A stretch of DNA of 64,000 bases from an uncultured bacterium. Lineage in GTDB: Bacteria > UBP14 > UBA6098 > B30-G16. The notes below the pieces were generated by a model, which was not told where the DNA came from, ran no database searches, and saw only the letters and a program-made list of their open reading frames with translations. Each line of letters opens with the position of its first letter. Within the stretch, counting starts at the first letter, position 1. Where the stretch lies: NCBI GenBank assembly GCA_965552135.1, contig CBEVQY010000001.1, forward strand, positions 64,001 to 128,000. The letters are read 5' to 3'. Positions 1 through 9,151 of this stretch are shown piece after piece. The position numbers and the translations under genes were made by a program.

Positions 1-354
1 GTGGGCGACAGCACCTACGTCTTCAGGAAGGGGAAGAAGAAGTGGCACGCCAAAACGCCTCAGGGCAAGGAGGAGGTGCCTTTCTACAGGGTCAGGCGGG
101 CGATGGACGCAGTCGTCAAGCTGACGTTCACAAAGCAGCTTCCCGAGACGACCTCGTGGGACGAGCAGAACGCCCTCCTGCGCGCGGAGTTCACCGACAT
201 CGGCGGAAACTCGTACTACATTGCCATAGGCGACACCACAGACGGCGGCAGGATCGCCGCGGCGTCGGGGCAAAGCTCATACTTCCTCGTCTCGAAGGGG
301 GCGATAAAAGCAATACTAAATAAGCTCAACAGCGTGGTAAAGAAGAAGGAATGA
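1..354 (+). CDS. 3' end of an exported protein, possibly DUF4340-like (truncated by window start)
   Basis: Open frame from base 1; its stop overlaps the next start (ATGA at 351-354). Family guess rests only on a loose resemblance in the 'YIAIGDTT...SYFLV' region. Confidence 0.45.
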   Translation: MGDSTYVFRKGKKKWHAKTPQGKEEVPFYRVRRAMDAVVKLTFTKQLPETTSWDEQNALLRAEFTDIGGNSYYIAIGDTTDGGRIAAASGQSSYFLVSKGAIKAILNKLNSVVKKKE

Positions 355-1229
355 GCGCTTTTTCGCTTATATCCCTTGCGCTTCTTTCGTCTTTTGCGGA
401 AAGCACGTTCGTTCTTCCGCAGGTTGCCGCCTCCTCGTCGATCTCGACGCAGAAACCGCGCGTGGGCGACACGGTGGAGGTTCACTACATCGTCGATATC
501 GATGGGAATCCCTTGGTCTTCGTCTTCGATTCGCTTCTCGAGCCGCTTGCGCTCGGGCTTTCCTTCGTGGGCAGCGAAACGCGGACCACCACGAGGAAAT
601 CGAGCGAAAGCCTAAGTGGTACAACCGAGCTTATCATGCGCTTCGTCCCGAATCGGGCGGGTAGGGTCAGGATTTCGGACTACACCATAAGGCTTCTTGC
701 GCCCCTGCCCGCCGGAGGGGATTCGCTTTCCTTCGACACCGTTGCGGTGAGGTTCTCGGGCTTCGAGCTTGACGTTCTTCCGCCACGGCGGACGGGGCTT
801 TTCGTCGCGCTCGCCCTGTTCCTCTTGGGGATCGGTGCGTTTGCAGGGGCGATCGTTTTCATGACGAGGCTTGCGGCATCGCAGGGGCGAAGGCTTTTGG
901 AGCAAAAGCCACCACCAACGCCCGAGGATAGGGCTTTGGCGGAGCTTGCGAGGATTGCGCCCCAGAGGCTCGAGACGAGGGAGCTTGCCGAAAGGCTCTC
1001 GAGAACGCTGCGGGCATACATATCCGAGCGCTTCGGAGTGCCCGCATTGAAGCTTTCGACCCAAGAGGTGATATCGCTCCTTGGCGAGCGCGGGCTCGGC
1101 GGAAGGCGCTTCGTCGCCATCGAGAAGGTGCTTCGCTTCTGCGACGACATCCTCTTCGCGGGCAAGCTCCCCACCGCAGACGAAATAGCCGAGGCACTCG
1201 ACTCGGCAAAAGAAGCAGTGTCGGGATGA
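351..1229 (+). CDS. BatD-like exported/membrane protein associated with MoxR
   Basis: Signal peptide, beta-rich domain (VGDTVEVHY...FVPNRAGRVRI), one TM helix, C-terminal 'LSRTLRAYISERFGVPALKLSTQE' helical domain; directly upstream of moxR. Confidence 0.6.
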   Translation: MSAFSLISLALLSSFAESTFVLPQVAASSSISTQKPRVGDTVEVHYIVDIDGNPLVFVFDSLLEPLALGLSFVGSETRTTTRKSSESLSGTTELIMRFVPNRAGRVRISDYTIRLLAPLPAGGDSLSFDTVAVRFSGFELDVLPPRRTGLFVALALFLLGIGAFAGAIVFMTRLAASQGRRLLEQKPPPTPEDRALAELARIAPQRLETRELAERLSRTLRAYISERFGVPALKLSTQEVISLLGERGLGGRRFVAIEKVLRFCDDILFAGKLPTADEIAEALDSAKEAVSG

Positions 1230-1253
1230 TGAAAAAACCCGGGAGGTTTTGAG

Positions 1254-2243
1254 ATGACGGTCGACATCGCTCAGCTCAACGAGAGGATAAAAGCCGAATC
1301 CGCCTTCGTCGATGCCCTGCGGGAGGAGATGGGCAAGGTGATAGTTGGTCAGCGCAGGGTTTTGGAGAGGCTTTTTATCGGGCTTCTTGCCGACGGGCAC
1401 ATTCTGCTCGAGGGCGTTCCCGGGCTTGCGAAAACCCTAATGGTGCGGACTCTGGCTGCGTGTGTGAACGCAACGTTCCAGAGGATACAGTTCACCCCCG
1501 ACCTCCTTCCCGCAGACATAACCGGAACGCTCATCTTCAACCAGCGCACGGGCGAGTTCGTACCCAAAAAGGGACCGATCTTCGCCAACTTCATCCTCGC
1601 CGACGAGATCAACCGTGCGCCTGCAAAGGTCCAGTCGGCGCTTCTGGAGGCTATGCAGGAGCGGCAGGTCACCATAGGCGACGAAACCTACGACCTGCCC
1701 AAGCCGTTCCTCGTCCTTGCAACGCAAAACCCCATAGAGCAGCAGGGGACATACCCGCTGCCCGAGGCGCAGGTCGACAGGTTCATGCTCAAGGTTATAG
1801 TCGATTACCCGCGCAGGGAGGAGGAGCGGGCGATAATGCGCATCCACACGCGCATAAAGCCGCCCCAGGCGCAGAAGGTCGTCGACCCCGAGGACATCCT
1901 CCGCGCAAGGGAGGTGGTCAGGGACGTCTACGTCGACGAAAAGATCGAAAACTACATCCTCGACTTAGTCTTCGCCACGCGCTACCCCGAGCAGTTTGGT
2001 CTCGACGAGCTTCGTCCGCTTATTGCCTGGGGTGCTTCTCCGAGGGCTACGATGTTCCTTCGCATAGCGGCGCAGGCGCACGCCTTCCTCGACCACAGGG
2101 GCTACGTCACCCCCGAGGACGTGCGCGCGGTCGCAATGGACGTCCTGCGGCACAGGGTGATCGTAACGTACGAAGCCGAGGCGGAGGAGAAGACCTCGGA
2201 GGACATAGTTCGCGCCATACTTGCGCGGATCGAGGTGCCGTAA
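1254..2243 (+). CDS. moxR: MoxR family AAA+ ATPase
   Basis: GVPGLAKT Walker A, RIQFTPDLLPAD, LADEINRAPAKVQSALLEAMQE, ATQNPIEQQGTYPLPEAQ. Confidence 0.95.
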   Translation: MTVDIAQLNERIKAESAFVDALREEMGKVIVGQRRVLERLFIGLLADGHILLEGVPGLAKTLMVRTLAACVNATFQRIQFTPDLLPADITGTLIFNQRTGEFVPKKGPIFANFILADEINRAPAKVQSALLEAMQERQVTIGDETYDLPKPFLVLATQNPIEQQGTYPLPEAQVDRFMLKVIVDYPRREEERAIMRIHTRIKPPQAQKVVDPEDILRAREVVRDVYVDEKIENYILDLVFATRYPEQFGLDELRPLIAWGASPRATMFLRIAAQAHAFLDHRGYVTPEDVRAVAMDVLRHRVIVTYEAEAEEKTSEDIVRAILARIEVP

Positions 2244-2262
2244 CCCAAAACGGAGGGGTCGC

Positions 2263-3570
2263 ATGGTTCCATACGACGTCATAAGGCGCAAGCGGGACGG
2301 GGAGGAGCTTCCGCCCGATGTGATAAAGGAGTTTGTTTCGTCGTATGTTGGCGGCGGAGTGCCCGACTATCAGATGTCGGCTTTCCTTATGGCTGTCTAT
2401 TTCCGCGGGATGACCCCCACCGAGACCTTGGCGCTCACCGAAGCCTACATCGAAAGCGGCGAAAAGCTCGATTTCTCGGACATCCCTATGCCTAAAGCCG
2501 ACAAGCACTCCACGGGCGGAGTTGGGGATAAGGTTAGCCTTGTTCTTGCGCCGCTTGTTGCGGCGTGTGGCGTTGCCGTGCCGATGATATCGGGGCGCGG
2601 TCTCGGACACACCGGCGGAACGCTCGACAAGCTCGAGTCGATCCCCGGACTCAGGATCGAGCTTTCCATCGACGAGTGCCGCCGCGTCCTCGGAGAGGCT
2701 GGGTTCTTCATCGCCGCCCAGACGGAAAGGATGGTCCCCGCCGACAAGAAGATTTACGCCCTGCGGGACGTGACGGCGACCGTCGAGTCGATACCGCTTA
2801 TCGTCGCGAGCATAATGTCAAAAAAGCTTTCGGAGGGCACCGACGCCCTCGTGCTCGACGTCAAGTTCGGCAACGGCGCCTTTATGAAAAAGCTTTCGGA
2901 CGCAAGGCGCCTTGCCGAGGCGATGGTGGACGTGGGCAAGCGCTACGGCGTGAAGACATCGGCTCTGCTTACCGACATGAACCAGCCTTTGGGGCGGTGT
3001 GTGGGCAACGCCCTCGAGGTTGAGGAGGCTATCCTCTACCTCCGCGGCGATGACCGCCCCGACGACCTCCACGAGATAACGTTCGCCCTCGGCGCGGAGA
3101 TGCTCGTTCTCGCTGGTGTGGCGGGCAGCGAGGACGCCGCAAAGCTTTCGCTGCGCAAGGCGCTGGATTCGGGCGATGCGCTTGAGCGCTTTGCCCGCTT
3201 CGTCGAGGCGCAGGGTGGCAAGCCCGGGGTGGTCGAGGACCTCGCGCTTTTGCCGCGCACACCGCACACCGCCGTCGCCGCGGCGAAAAATGACGGCTGG
3301 ATCGCCGGATTCGACACGTACGGCATCGGCATGCTCGGCGTTGAGCTCGGCGCCGGGCGCAAAAAGGTGGGAGAGCGGATCGACCACGCCGTTGGGTTTA
3401 AGTTTCACAAAAAGGTTGGCGACGAGGTTTCGCGCGGCGAGGCTGTTGCCACAGTCTTCGCCAGGGACGAGGAGCAGGCGCGATGGGCTGCAGACCGTCT
3501 GACCGAGCTTGTGACCATCTCCGAGACGCCGGTTAGCCCGCCTGTGCTTTTGGGCGAAAAGGTGGCGTGA
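2263..3570 (+). CDS. pdp: Pyrimidine-nucleoside/thymidine phosphorylase
   Basis: DKHSTGGVGDK, SGRGLGHTGGTLDKLESIPG, SIMSKK; GGAGG upstream of ATG 2263. Confidence 0.95.
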   Translation: MVPYDVIRRKRDGEELPPDVIKEFVSSYVGGGVPDYQMSAFLMAVYFRGMTPTETLALTEAYIESGEKLDFSDIPMPKADKHSTGGVGDKVSLVLAPLVAACGVAVPMISGRGLGHTGGTLDKLESIPGLRIELSIDECRRVLGEAGFFIAAQTERMVPADKKIYALRDVTATVESIPLIVASIMSKKLSEGTDALVLDVKFGNGAFMKKLSDARRLAEAMVDVGKRYGVKTSALLTDMNQPLGRCVGNALEVEEAILYLRGDDRPDDLHEITFALGAEMLVLAGVAGSEDAAKLSLRKALDSGDALERFARFVEAQGGKPGVVEDLALLPRTPHTAVAAAKNDGWIAGFDTYGIGMLGVELGAGRKKVGERIDHAVGFKFHKKVGDEVSRGEAVATVFARDEEQARWAADRLTELVTISETPVSPPVLLGEKVA

Positions 3571-4548
3571 TCACTGGGGCGCAAGGGCGAGGTCCGCGAT
3601 CCTCTGCAGAAGCCGGTCGAGCCCATCGCCCGCAACGGCGCTTATGAGCATAACCTCCTCGCCCGGGAACTCCTTCTCCCATCGTTTCTGCAGAAGCTCG
3701 CCGGGTGCGGCGTCGATCTTGTTGAGCGCAAGAAGCCGCGGGCGCTCAAGAAGCGCAGGGTCGTACTCGCCAAGCTCCGAAAGAAGCGTTGTGTAGGCTT
3801 TTTGCGGCTCGTCGAGGATGTCCAGAAGGAGCACGAGCGCCTTGGTTCGAGATATATGTCGCAGGAAGTCGAGTCCCATCCCGCGCCCTCGGTGAGCGCC
3901 CTCGATAATGCCTGGGATGTCGGCTATCACGAGCCGCCTTCCGTCGGGCAGCTGCGCGACGCCGAGGCAGGGGTGCTTCGTCGTGAAGGGGTAGTCGGCT
4001 ATCTTCGGGTGCGCCTTCGTTAGCCGCGAAAGCAGGGTCGACTTCCCCGCGTTGGGCAGCCCCACCAGACCGACGTCGGCGATGAGCCTGAGCTCGAGGA
4101 TGACCCATCGCTCCTGACCGGGTCTTCCGGGCTCGGCGAACCTTGGGGCTTGGTTTGCCGGAGTGGCGAAGGCGGCGTTCCCTCTGCCGCCTCTGCCGCC
4201 ACGCGCCACAACAAACTCGCCCGAAACAAGATCAGCAAGACGCTCCCCGCTTTCGGCGTCGATGACAACCGTGCCCGGTGGAACCTCGATTATGCAGTCG
4301 GCGCCGTCTCGACCGTGGCGGTTTTTGCCCTCGCCAGGACGTCCGTTCTCCGCCCTGAAGTGCCTGCGGTAGTAGAAGTCGAGCAGCGTGTGCATCTTCG
4401 GGTTGACCCTGATGATCACATCGCCGCCTTTCCCGCCGTCGCCGCCTGCAGGACCGCCTCGAGGACGAAACTTCTCCCTCAAAAACGCAACGCAGCCGTC
4501 GCCGCCGTCACCGGCCTTGACGTAAATCTTGACGCGGTCGATGAACAT
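3571..4548 (-). CDS. obgE: GTPase ObgE/CgtA
   Basis: MFIDRVKIYVKAGDGGDG Gly-rich Obg fold; GLPNAGKST, DYPFTT, DIPG, NKID. Confidence 0.96.
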   Translation of the reverse strand: MFIDRVKIYVKAGDGGDGCVAFLREKFRPRGGPAGGDGGKGGDVIIRVNPKMHTLLDFYYRRHFRAENGRPGEGKNRHGRDGADCIIEVPPGTVVIDAESGERLADLVSGEFVVARGGRGGRGNAAFATPANQAPRFAEPGRPGQERWVILELRLIADVGLVGLPNAGKSTLLSRLTKAHPKIADYPFTTKHPCLGVAQLPDGRRLVIADIPGIIEGAHRGRGMGLDFLRHISRTKALVLLLDILDEPQKAYTTLLSELGEYDPALLERPRLLALNKIDAAPGELLQKRWEKEFPGEEVMLISAVAGDGLDRLLQRIADLALAPQ

Positions 4549-4557
4549 CCCGAAGGT

Positions 4558-4830
4558 TCAGTCCTCGAAGGTGTAGTGCTTTCGGACGGGCTCCAAAACC
4601 CTCCAGACGCACTTGAGACCCTTGGGGAAGCGCACCAGGTCGCCCTTGCCGATCTCGACGCTCTTGCCGTCGGCGGTTTCGACGATGACACGCCCCTCGA
4701 GGAAGTAGCAGACCTCGGTGGTATCATACTCCCAGGGGAACTGTGCCACGGGTGACTCCCACACAGGCCAGCTGCGAACGCCAAGCTCCTCAAGCTCCCT
4801 CTCGCTCGGACGACGAACCTCGATGTCCAT
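4558..4830 (-). CDS. Small cupin domain protein (DUF861/cupin_3 type)
   Basis: WPVW...FPWEY..EVCYFLEGRV...GDLVRFPKGL.C.W...VRKHY; GGAGG upstream of ATG 4830. Confidence 0.85.
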   Translation of the reverse strand: MDIEVRRPSERELEELGVRSWPVWESPVAQFPWEYDTTEVCYFLEGRVIVETADGKSVEIGKGDLVRFPKGLKCVWRVLEPVRKHYTFED

Positions 4831-4857
4831 ACAAAAACCTCCTTCCACCCGAAGCGA

Positions 4858-4885
4858 AATTTACCGGCGCTCATCCGCCCCGCAA
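4858..4885 (-). promoter_or_regulatory. Putative sigma70-type promoter for cupin-obgE
   Basis: Minus strand TTGCGG-16 nt-TAAATT. Confidence 0.4.
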
Positions 4886-4905
4886 GGGGAAAACGCGCCA
4901 AAACG

Positions 4906-4934
4906 AAAAGCCCGCTCCCTCCCGGAGCGGGCTT
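4906..4934 (-). terminator. Intrinsic terminator after the 4958-5725 lipoprotein gene
   Basis: AAGCCCGCTCC-5 nt-GGAGCGGGCTT stem running into a short T tract on the minus strand. Confidence 0.7.
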
Positions 4935-4957
4935 CGAAGCCTCGACCGCAAAAAGCC

Positions 4958-5725
4958 TCAGTCCATAAGCGAGAAGTTGGGAACGGTCTGATACCCGTAC
5001 GTGAAGGTTATCCTGTCGTGGGGGCTTGATGTGTAGGAGTCGATGCGAAGCTTCACGTAATGCCACTCGTCGGTGTGGTTCTTGAAGACGACGATCCCGT
5101 AGACCTGTCCCTCGCCGACGTCGACGTAGTTGACGTAACCTTCGGTGGGCAGGTTGCCAACGTTGTCGTAGTCGGCGGCGATGACCTGGAAGCCCGTGGT
5201 AAAGTCGCTCCAATCGAGGACGTCAGCGCTTGTGAGGGTGTTGTCGCTGTCGTAGTAGAAGTCGATGTAGTCGGCGTTGTTTTCGTTAACGGAGTAGCTT
5301 GCGCCGGCGCCGGTGTCCCAGTTCCAGCCCCAGCCGCTGTAGCCAACGTCGGTTGGTGTGTCCAGATCGTAGAGCTCGCCTGTGCCCTCGACAAGCTCAG
5401 TCGACGCTGTTGCGGCGGAGGACTCCTCATCCCCGCGGTAGGCGACAACCTCATACGTCCCAAGCTCGTCGGGGGCGGTGTGGGTGTAGGTGGTCGTCGA
5501 TGCGTCGACTTCGGCAAGCTCGACGCCGTTGAAGTAGATGATGTATCCGTCGATGTCCTCCGTCGGCGAAGGCGACCACGTCAGGACAAGGTCGGTTTCG
5601 TTGGTTGCGCCGTGAAGGGTTAGGTTCGTCGGCGGCTCGATCGACTCGGAGGGCTGCTCGCAGCCAAAGCCGAAAAGCATCACAAGCCCCGAAACCGCCA
5701 AAAGAACGACCAGCCTCTTGCGCAT
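4958..5725 (-). CDS. Acidic lipoprotein with fibronectin-III-like domain and HmuY-like C-terminal region
   Basis: Lipobox FGFGC; PPTNL...LTWSPS...DGYIIY FnIII pattern; C-terminal YVKLRIDSY...ITFTY. Confidence 0.7.
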   Translation of the reverse strand: MRKRLVVLLAVSGLVMLFGFGCEQPSESIEPPTNLTLHGATNETDLVLTWSPSPTEDIDGYIIYFNGVELAEVDASTTTYTHTAPDELGTYEVVAYRGDEESSAATASTELVEGTGELYDLDTPTDVGYSGWGWNWDTGAGASYSVNENNADYIDFYYDSDNTLTSADVLDWSDFTTGFQVIAADYDNVGNLPTEGYVNYVDVGEGQVYGIVVFKNHTDEWHYVKLRIDSYTSSPHDRITFTYGYQTVPNFSLMD

Positions 5726-5755
5726 TGCCAGACCTCCTTTCGCTGAGTGCAGAGA

Positions 5756-6109
5756 TTATTTAACGCGGGCGCCCTTCTTCTTGCTCGTCTTAGTCTTCTT
5801 TGTGGCTTTGCCCTTGGTTGTGGTGCCCTTCTGGGTCTGCTCGACCTTCTCGCCCGCCTGCTGAGCCTCCGCCGCCTGCGGAGGTGCGAAAAGCTCGGGA
5901 TGAGAAGCCTTAAGGTCGTTTATCGTCTTCTCCAGGGCGTCTATCTTCGACTTCGCGATATCGAGGTCGCTGCGCAGCTGGTCGACCTTTGCGGCAAGGT
6001 CGTCGATCTGCTGCTTAAGCGCTGCGGCTGTTCCCGCACCCTGGCAACCGCCAAGAGCCAAGAAAGCCAAAACGCCAAAAGCCACTGCCGCCAGAACAGC
6101 TCGCCTCAT
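5756..6109 (-). CDS. Small coiled-coil lipoprotein with Lys-rich tail (Lpp-like)
   Basis: GGAGG RBS, lipobox LGGC, heptad segment LKQQIDDLAAKVDQLRSDLDIAKSKIDALEKTINDLK, terminal Lys. Confidence 0.75.
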   Translation of the reverse strand: MRRAVLAAVAFGVLAFLALGGCQGAGTAAALKQQIDDLAAKVDQLRSDLDIAKSKIDALEKTINDLKASHPELFAPPQAAEAQQAGEKVEQTQKGTTTKGKATKKTKTSKKKGARVK

Positions 6110-6163
6110 CTCGTCCTCCTTGCTTGGGTTCCCTAAGCCCTCCTGCCAACAAGCGCTGTCAAA

Positions 6164-6190
6164 ATTATAATCACAGCGCGGAGTTGTCAA
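6164..6190 (-). promoter_or_regulatory. Sigma70-type promoter for the two lipoprotein genes
   Basis: Minus strand TTGACA-15 nt-TATAAT; both hexamers are consensus but the spacer is short. Confidence 0.65.
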
Positions 6191-6214
6191 CAAGAAATTT
6201 GGCTTTGGACGCCA

Positions 6215-7180
6215 TCAGGCTGCCCCGCCGTTTTTGGGATGCTCAACGCGGTAGGCGCGCCAGCCCGTTAGGGTATGCAAAAGCCACCAAAGGCTGTAGT
6301 GGGCAACAAGACCCAGAAAAAGCAAGAGGTTGAGGGGAAGCAGGTAGGGGTAGTGCTTTTGGAAGTACTTGAACATCGATATGTGATGCCACCAGAACGC
6401 TTTTTTCCTTCGCTTTTTCGACGACGCGCCCCAGGCGTGGAGTATTCGGGCGTTTGGGTTGAAGACGACGCGCCAGCCGGCTTTTTTTAGCCTGCGGCAG
6501 ATGTCCACGTCCTCTATGTAGATAAAAAACCTTTCGTCCAGAAGTCCCACCTGTTTGAGCGCCTCGGCGCGGAGCATGAGGAACCCTCCCGCAAGCGCCT
6601 GAACGTCGGTGACATCGTCGGGAACGCGGCGAAGCTCCTCCATCTTCCACCTGAAGACGGGAAGCTTGGAGAAAAGCGAAGACCTGGAGAAAAGGAGGTT
6701 GAAGTAGGTGGGGTACACAAGCGTTGAGGGCTGGATTTTGCCGTCTTCGGTTATGATGAGTCCGCCCGCGGCGCCGACGTCGGGGTTTGTGTCCATAAAA
6801 GACACAAGCACATCCAGGGCATCGCCCATAAGCGCGGCATCGGAGTTCAGGAGGAGGTAGTATTCCGCATCGACGGCTCGGATGCCTTGGTTGCATCCGC
6901 GGGCAAAGCCCAGGTTCTCGTCGTTTTCGATCAGGTAGACCCATGGGAACTGCTCGCGCACAAGCTGAGGGCTCCCGTCGGTTGAGGCGTTGTCGACTAC
7001 CACGGTGACAAAGCTTCCCAGCGTAAGCGGGTTCCGCTCGATGGAGAGGAGGCATCGCTTTAGGTGCCAGGCGGTGTTGTAGCTTACGACGACGATGGCA
7101 AGCTTAGCCGTGCGGGCGATGACGTCGATCCCCTCAGTGGCTGCGCGGGTCCTGACGACCTTTTTCGGCTCGCCGCTCAT
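6215..7180 (-). CDS. GT2 glycosyltransferase (rhamnosyltransferase/WfgS-like)
   Basis: IVVVSYN, VVDNASTDGS, NLGFARGCN, LLNSD, DERFFIYIEDVDICRR. Confidence 0.9.
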   Translation of the reverse strand: MSGEPKKVVRTRAATEGIDVIARTAKLAIVVVSYNTAWHLKRCLLSIERNPLTLGSFVTVVVDNASTDGSPQLVREQFPWVYLIENDENLGFARGCNQGIRAVDAEYYLLLNSDAALMGDALDVLVSFMDTNPDVGAAGGLIITEDGKIQPSTLVYPTYFNLLFSRSSLFSKLPVFRWKMEELRRVPDDVTDVQALAGGFLMLRAEALKQVGLLDERFFIYIEDVDICRRLKKAGWRVVFNPNARILHAWGASSKKRRKKAFWWHHISMFKYFQKHYPYLLPLNLLLFLGLVAHYSLWWLLHTLTGWRAYRVEHPKNGGAA

Positions 7181-7929
7181 ATCTTCCCCAAAAGAGCCTC
7201 AAGCCTGAGCCACCAAACCAAAAAGAAAGCCTCGTAGATTATCTTCTTGCTTATCTTCGACTCGCCGTGGACGCGGTCCCGAAAGATTATCGGGATCTCC
7301 TTTATCCAAAAGCCCTTGCGCCACACCTTAAACTTCGTCTCTATCTGGAACGAGTATCCGTCGGATCTTATCCTGTCGAGGTCGAGCTCCTCGAGGACCC
7401 TCCTTCGGAACGCCTGGAACCCCGCCGTGGCATCGTGGACGGGAAGACCCGTGACGAAGCGGGAGTATTTGCTTGCCCAGCGCGAGAGAAGCTCTCTTTT
7501 CTTGGGCCAGTTCTCGATGCCGCCACCCTCAACCCAGCGCGAGCCGATGACAAGATCAGCCCCCTCCTCAGCCGCCTTTATCATATCGGGGATGCGGCTT
7601 GGGTCGTGGGAGAAGTCGGCGTCCATCTCAAAGGTGAGGTCGTATCCCTTCTCGAGCGAATACTTGAACCCCATGACGTACGCCGTTCCGAGCCCGAGCT
7701 TGCCCTCCCTGTGTATCACGCTGACCCTCGGGTTTTCGGCGGCGAGCCTGTCGGCTATCTCGCCCGTGCCGTCGGGGGAAGCGTCGTCGATTATGAGGAC
7801 GTCGATCCGATCGTCCTGCTCCAAAACCGCAGGGACTATCCTGCCTATGTTCTCGCGCTCGTTGTAGGTGGGCATCACCACCAAAACGCGCCTTATGGGC
7901 GAAAGGTCCTTTTCGCGCTTCTTCACCAT
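7177..7929 (-). CDS. Polyprenol-phosphate mannose synthase (DPM1/Ppm1-like GT2)
   Basis: MPTYNERENI, IDDASPDGTG, GLGTAY, EMDADFSHDP, GYSFQIE, ESKIS. Confidence 0.92.
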   Translation of the reverse strand: MVKKREKDLSPIRRVLVVMPTYNERENIGRIVPAVLEQDDRIDVLIIDDASPDGTGEIADRLAAENPRVSVIHREGKLGLGTAYVMGFKYSLEKGYDLTFEMDADFSHDPSRIPDMIKAAEEGADLVIGSRWVEGGGIENWPKKRELLSRWASKYSRFVTGLPVHDATAGFQAFRRRVLEELDLDRIRSDGYSFQIETKFKVWRKGFWIKEIPIIFRDRVHGESKISKKIIYEAFFLVWWLRLEALLGKI

Positions 7930-7978
7930 CGCTCCAAAGCCAATTTAAATTCGGCGCGGTTGTGTCGCAGCGCAAGTT

Positions 7979-9151
7979 TTATTTTTCTCGCCCCTTACCG
8001 CCCTCAAGGACAAAAGCCCGAACTATCCCGTCGTCGCCGTATTTCTCGCGGATCTTCGCGAGAGCCTCAAGAAGTTTTTCGTCGACTTCATCGGAGTCCG
8101 AAAAAAGCTCGGGTGGGTTTTTCTGCGACGGCGACAGGTTCGATAGCCCCACGCCCAAAAGCCTTATTGGCGCTGGTGTGGTGCGCTCAAAAAGCTTTGC
8201 CGCCGTCTCGAAGATCCTCTTCGCGCTGCGCGTTGGTGAGGAAAGCGTCTCAGAGCGTGTCACAAGCCTGAAGTCGGCGTATTTGACCTTAAGCGTTACC
8301 GTTCTGCCCACGAGCCCCTCCGCAAGGAGCCTTTCGGCAAGCTTGTCACAGAGCAGAAGAAGCCTTCTTCGCAGCGTGTGGGCGTCGGCGATGTCGACCT
8401 CAAACGTCCGCTCGACGGAGATGCTCTTCCGCTCACGCTCGGGCACGACGGGGCTCTGGTCTTCGCCGAGGGCGAGGGAGAACAGGGCATCGCCCGCCTT
8501 GCCGAAGAGGCGGACGAAAAGCTCCCTGGGGAAGCGCAGAACGTCGCCAACCCTGCGGATCCCTATCCTCAAAAGCTTCTCCTCAAACTTTTTGCCGACG
8601 CCCGGAAGCGCCGATACGGGCAGCGGGTCGAGGAACTCCCGCACCCGTTCGGGCGGGACGACGACAAAACCGTCGGGCTTGCCGAAGTCGCTTGCGATCT
8701 TCGCAAGCATCTTGTTGGGCGCAACGCCCACCGATGCCGTAAGACCCGTCTCCTTTTTTATCGTGCGCTTGATCCGCCTGGCGGTTTCGACGGGGTCGCC
8801 GAAGAGGCGCTGTGTGCCCGTGAGGTCGACGTATGCCTCGTCGATGGATGCGAACTCCACAAGGGGCGAGAACCGCAGGAGGATCTCCCGTATTTGGCGC
8901 GATATCTGCTCGTATCGCTGGAATCGCGGTCGCAGGAAGACCGCGTGGGGGCACAGGCGGTAGGCTTTTTTGATGGGCATTGCGGAGCGCACGCCGTACT
9001 TTCGCGCCTCGTACGACGCCGCAGATACAACGCCGCGCCCTTTGAAGGGATCACCGCCAACTATGACGGGTTTGCCGCGGAGCTCGGGGCGATCGAGCTG
9101 CTCCACCGAGGCGTAGAAGGCGTCCATATCTATGTGGGCTATCACCCTCAC
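7979..9151 (-). CDS. dinB: DNA polymerase IV
   Basis: HIDMDAFYASVEQ, AASYEAR, SIDEAYVD, KMLAKIASD. Confidence 0.96.
   Translation of the reverse strand: MRVIAHIDMDAFYASVEQLDRPELRGKPVIVGGDPFKGRGVVSAASYEARKYGVRSAMPIKKAYRLCPHAVFLRPRFQRYEQISRQIREILLRFSPLVEFASIDEAYVDLTGTQRLFGDPVETARRIKRTIKKETGLTASVGVAPNKMLAKIASDFGKPDGFVVVPPERVREFLDPLPVSALPGVGKKFEEKLLRIGIRRVGDVLRFPRELFVRLFGKAGDALFSLALGEDQSPVVPERERKSISVERTFEVDIADAHTLRRRLLLLCDKLAERLLAEGLVGRTVTLKVKYADFRLVTRSETLSSPTRSAKRIFETAAKLFERTTPAPIRLLGVGLSNLSPSQKNPPELFSDSDEVDEKLLEALAKIREKYGDDGIVRAFVLEGGKGREK

Noticed and set aside
3565..3576. pdp and obgE stop codons abut (TGATCA) with no terminator
   Set aside because: Common in compact genomes; no further signal.
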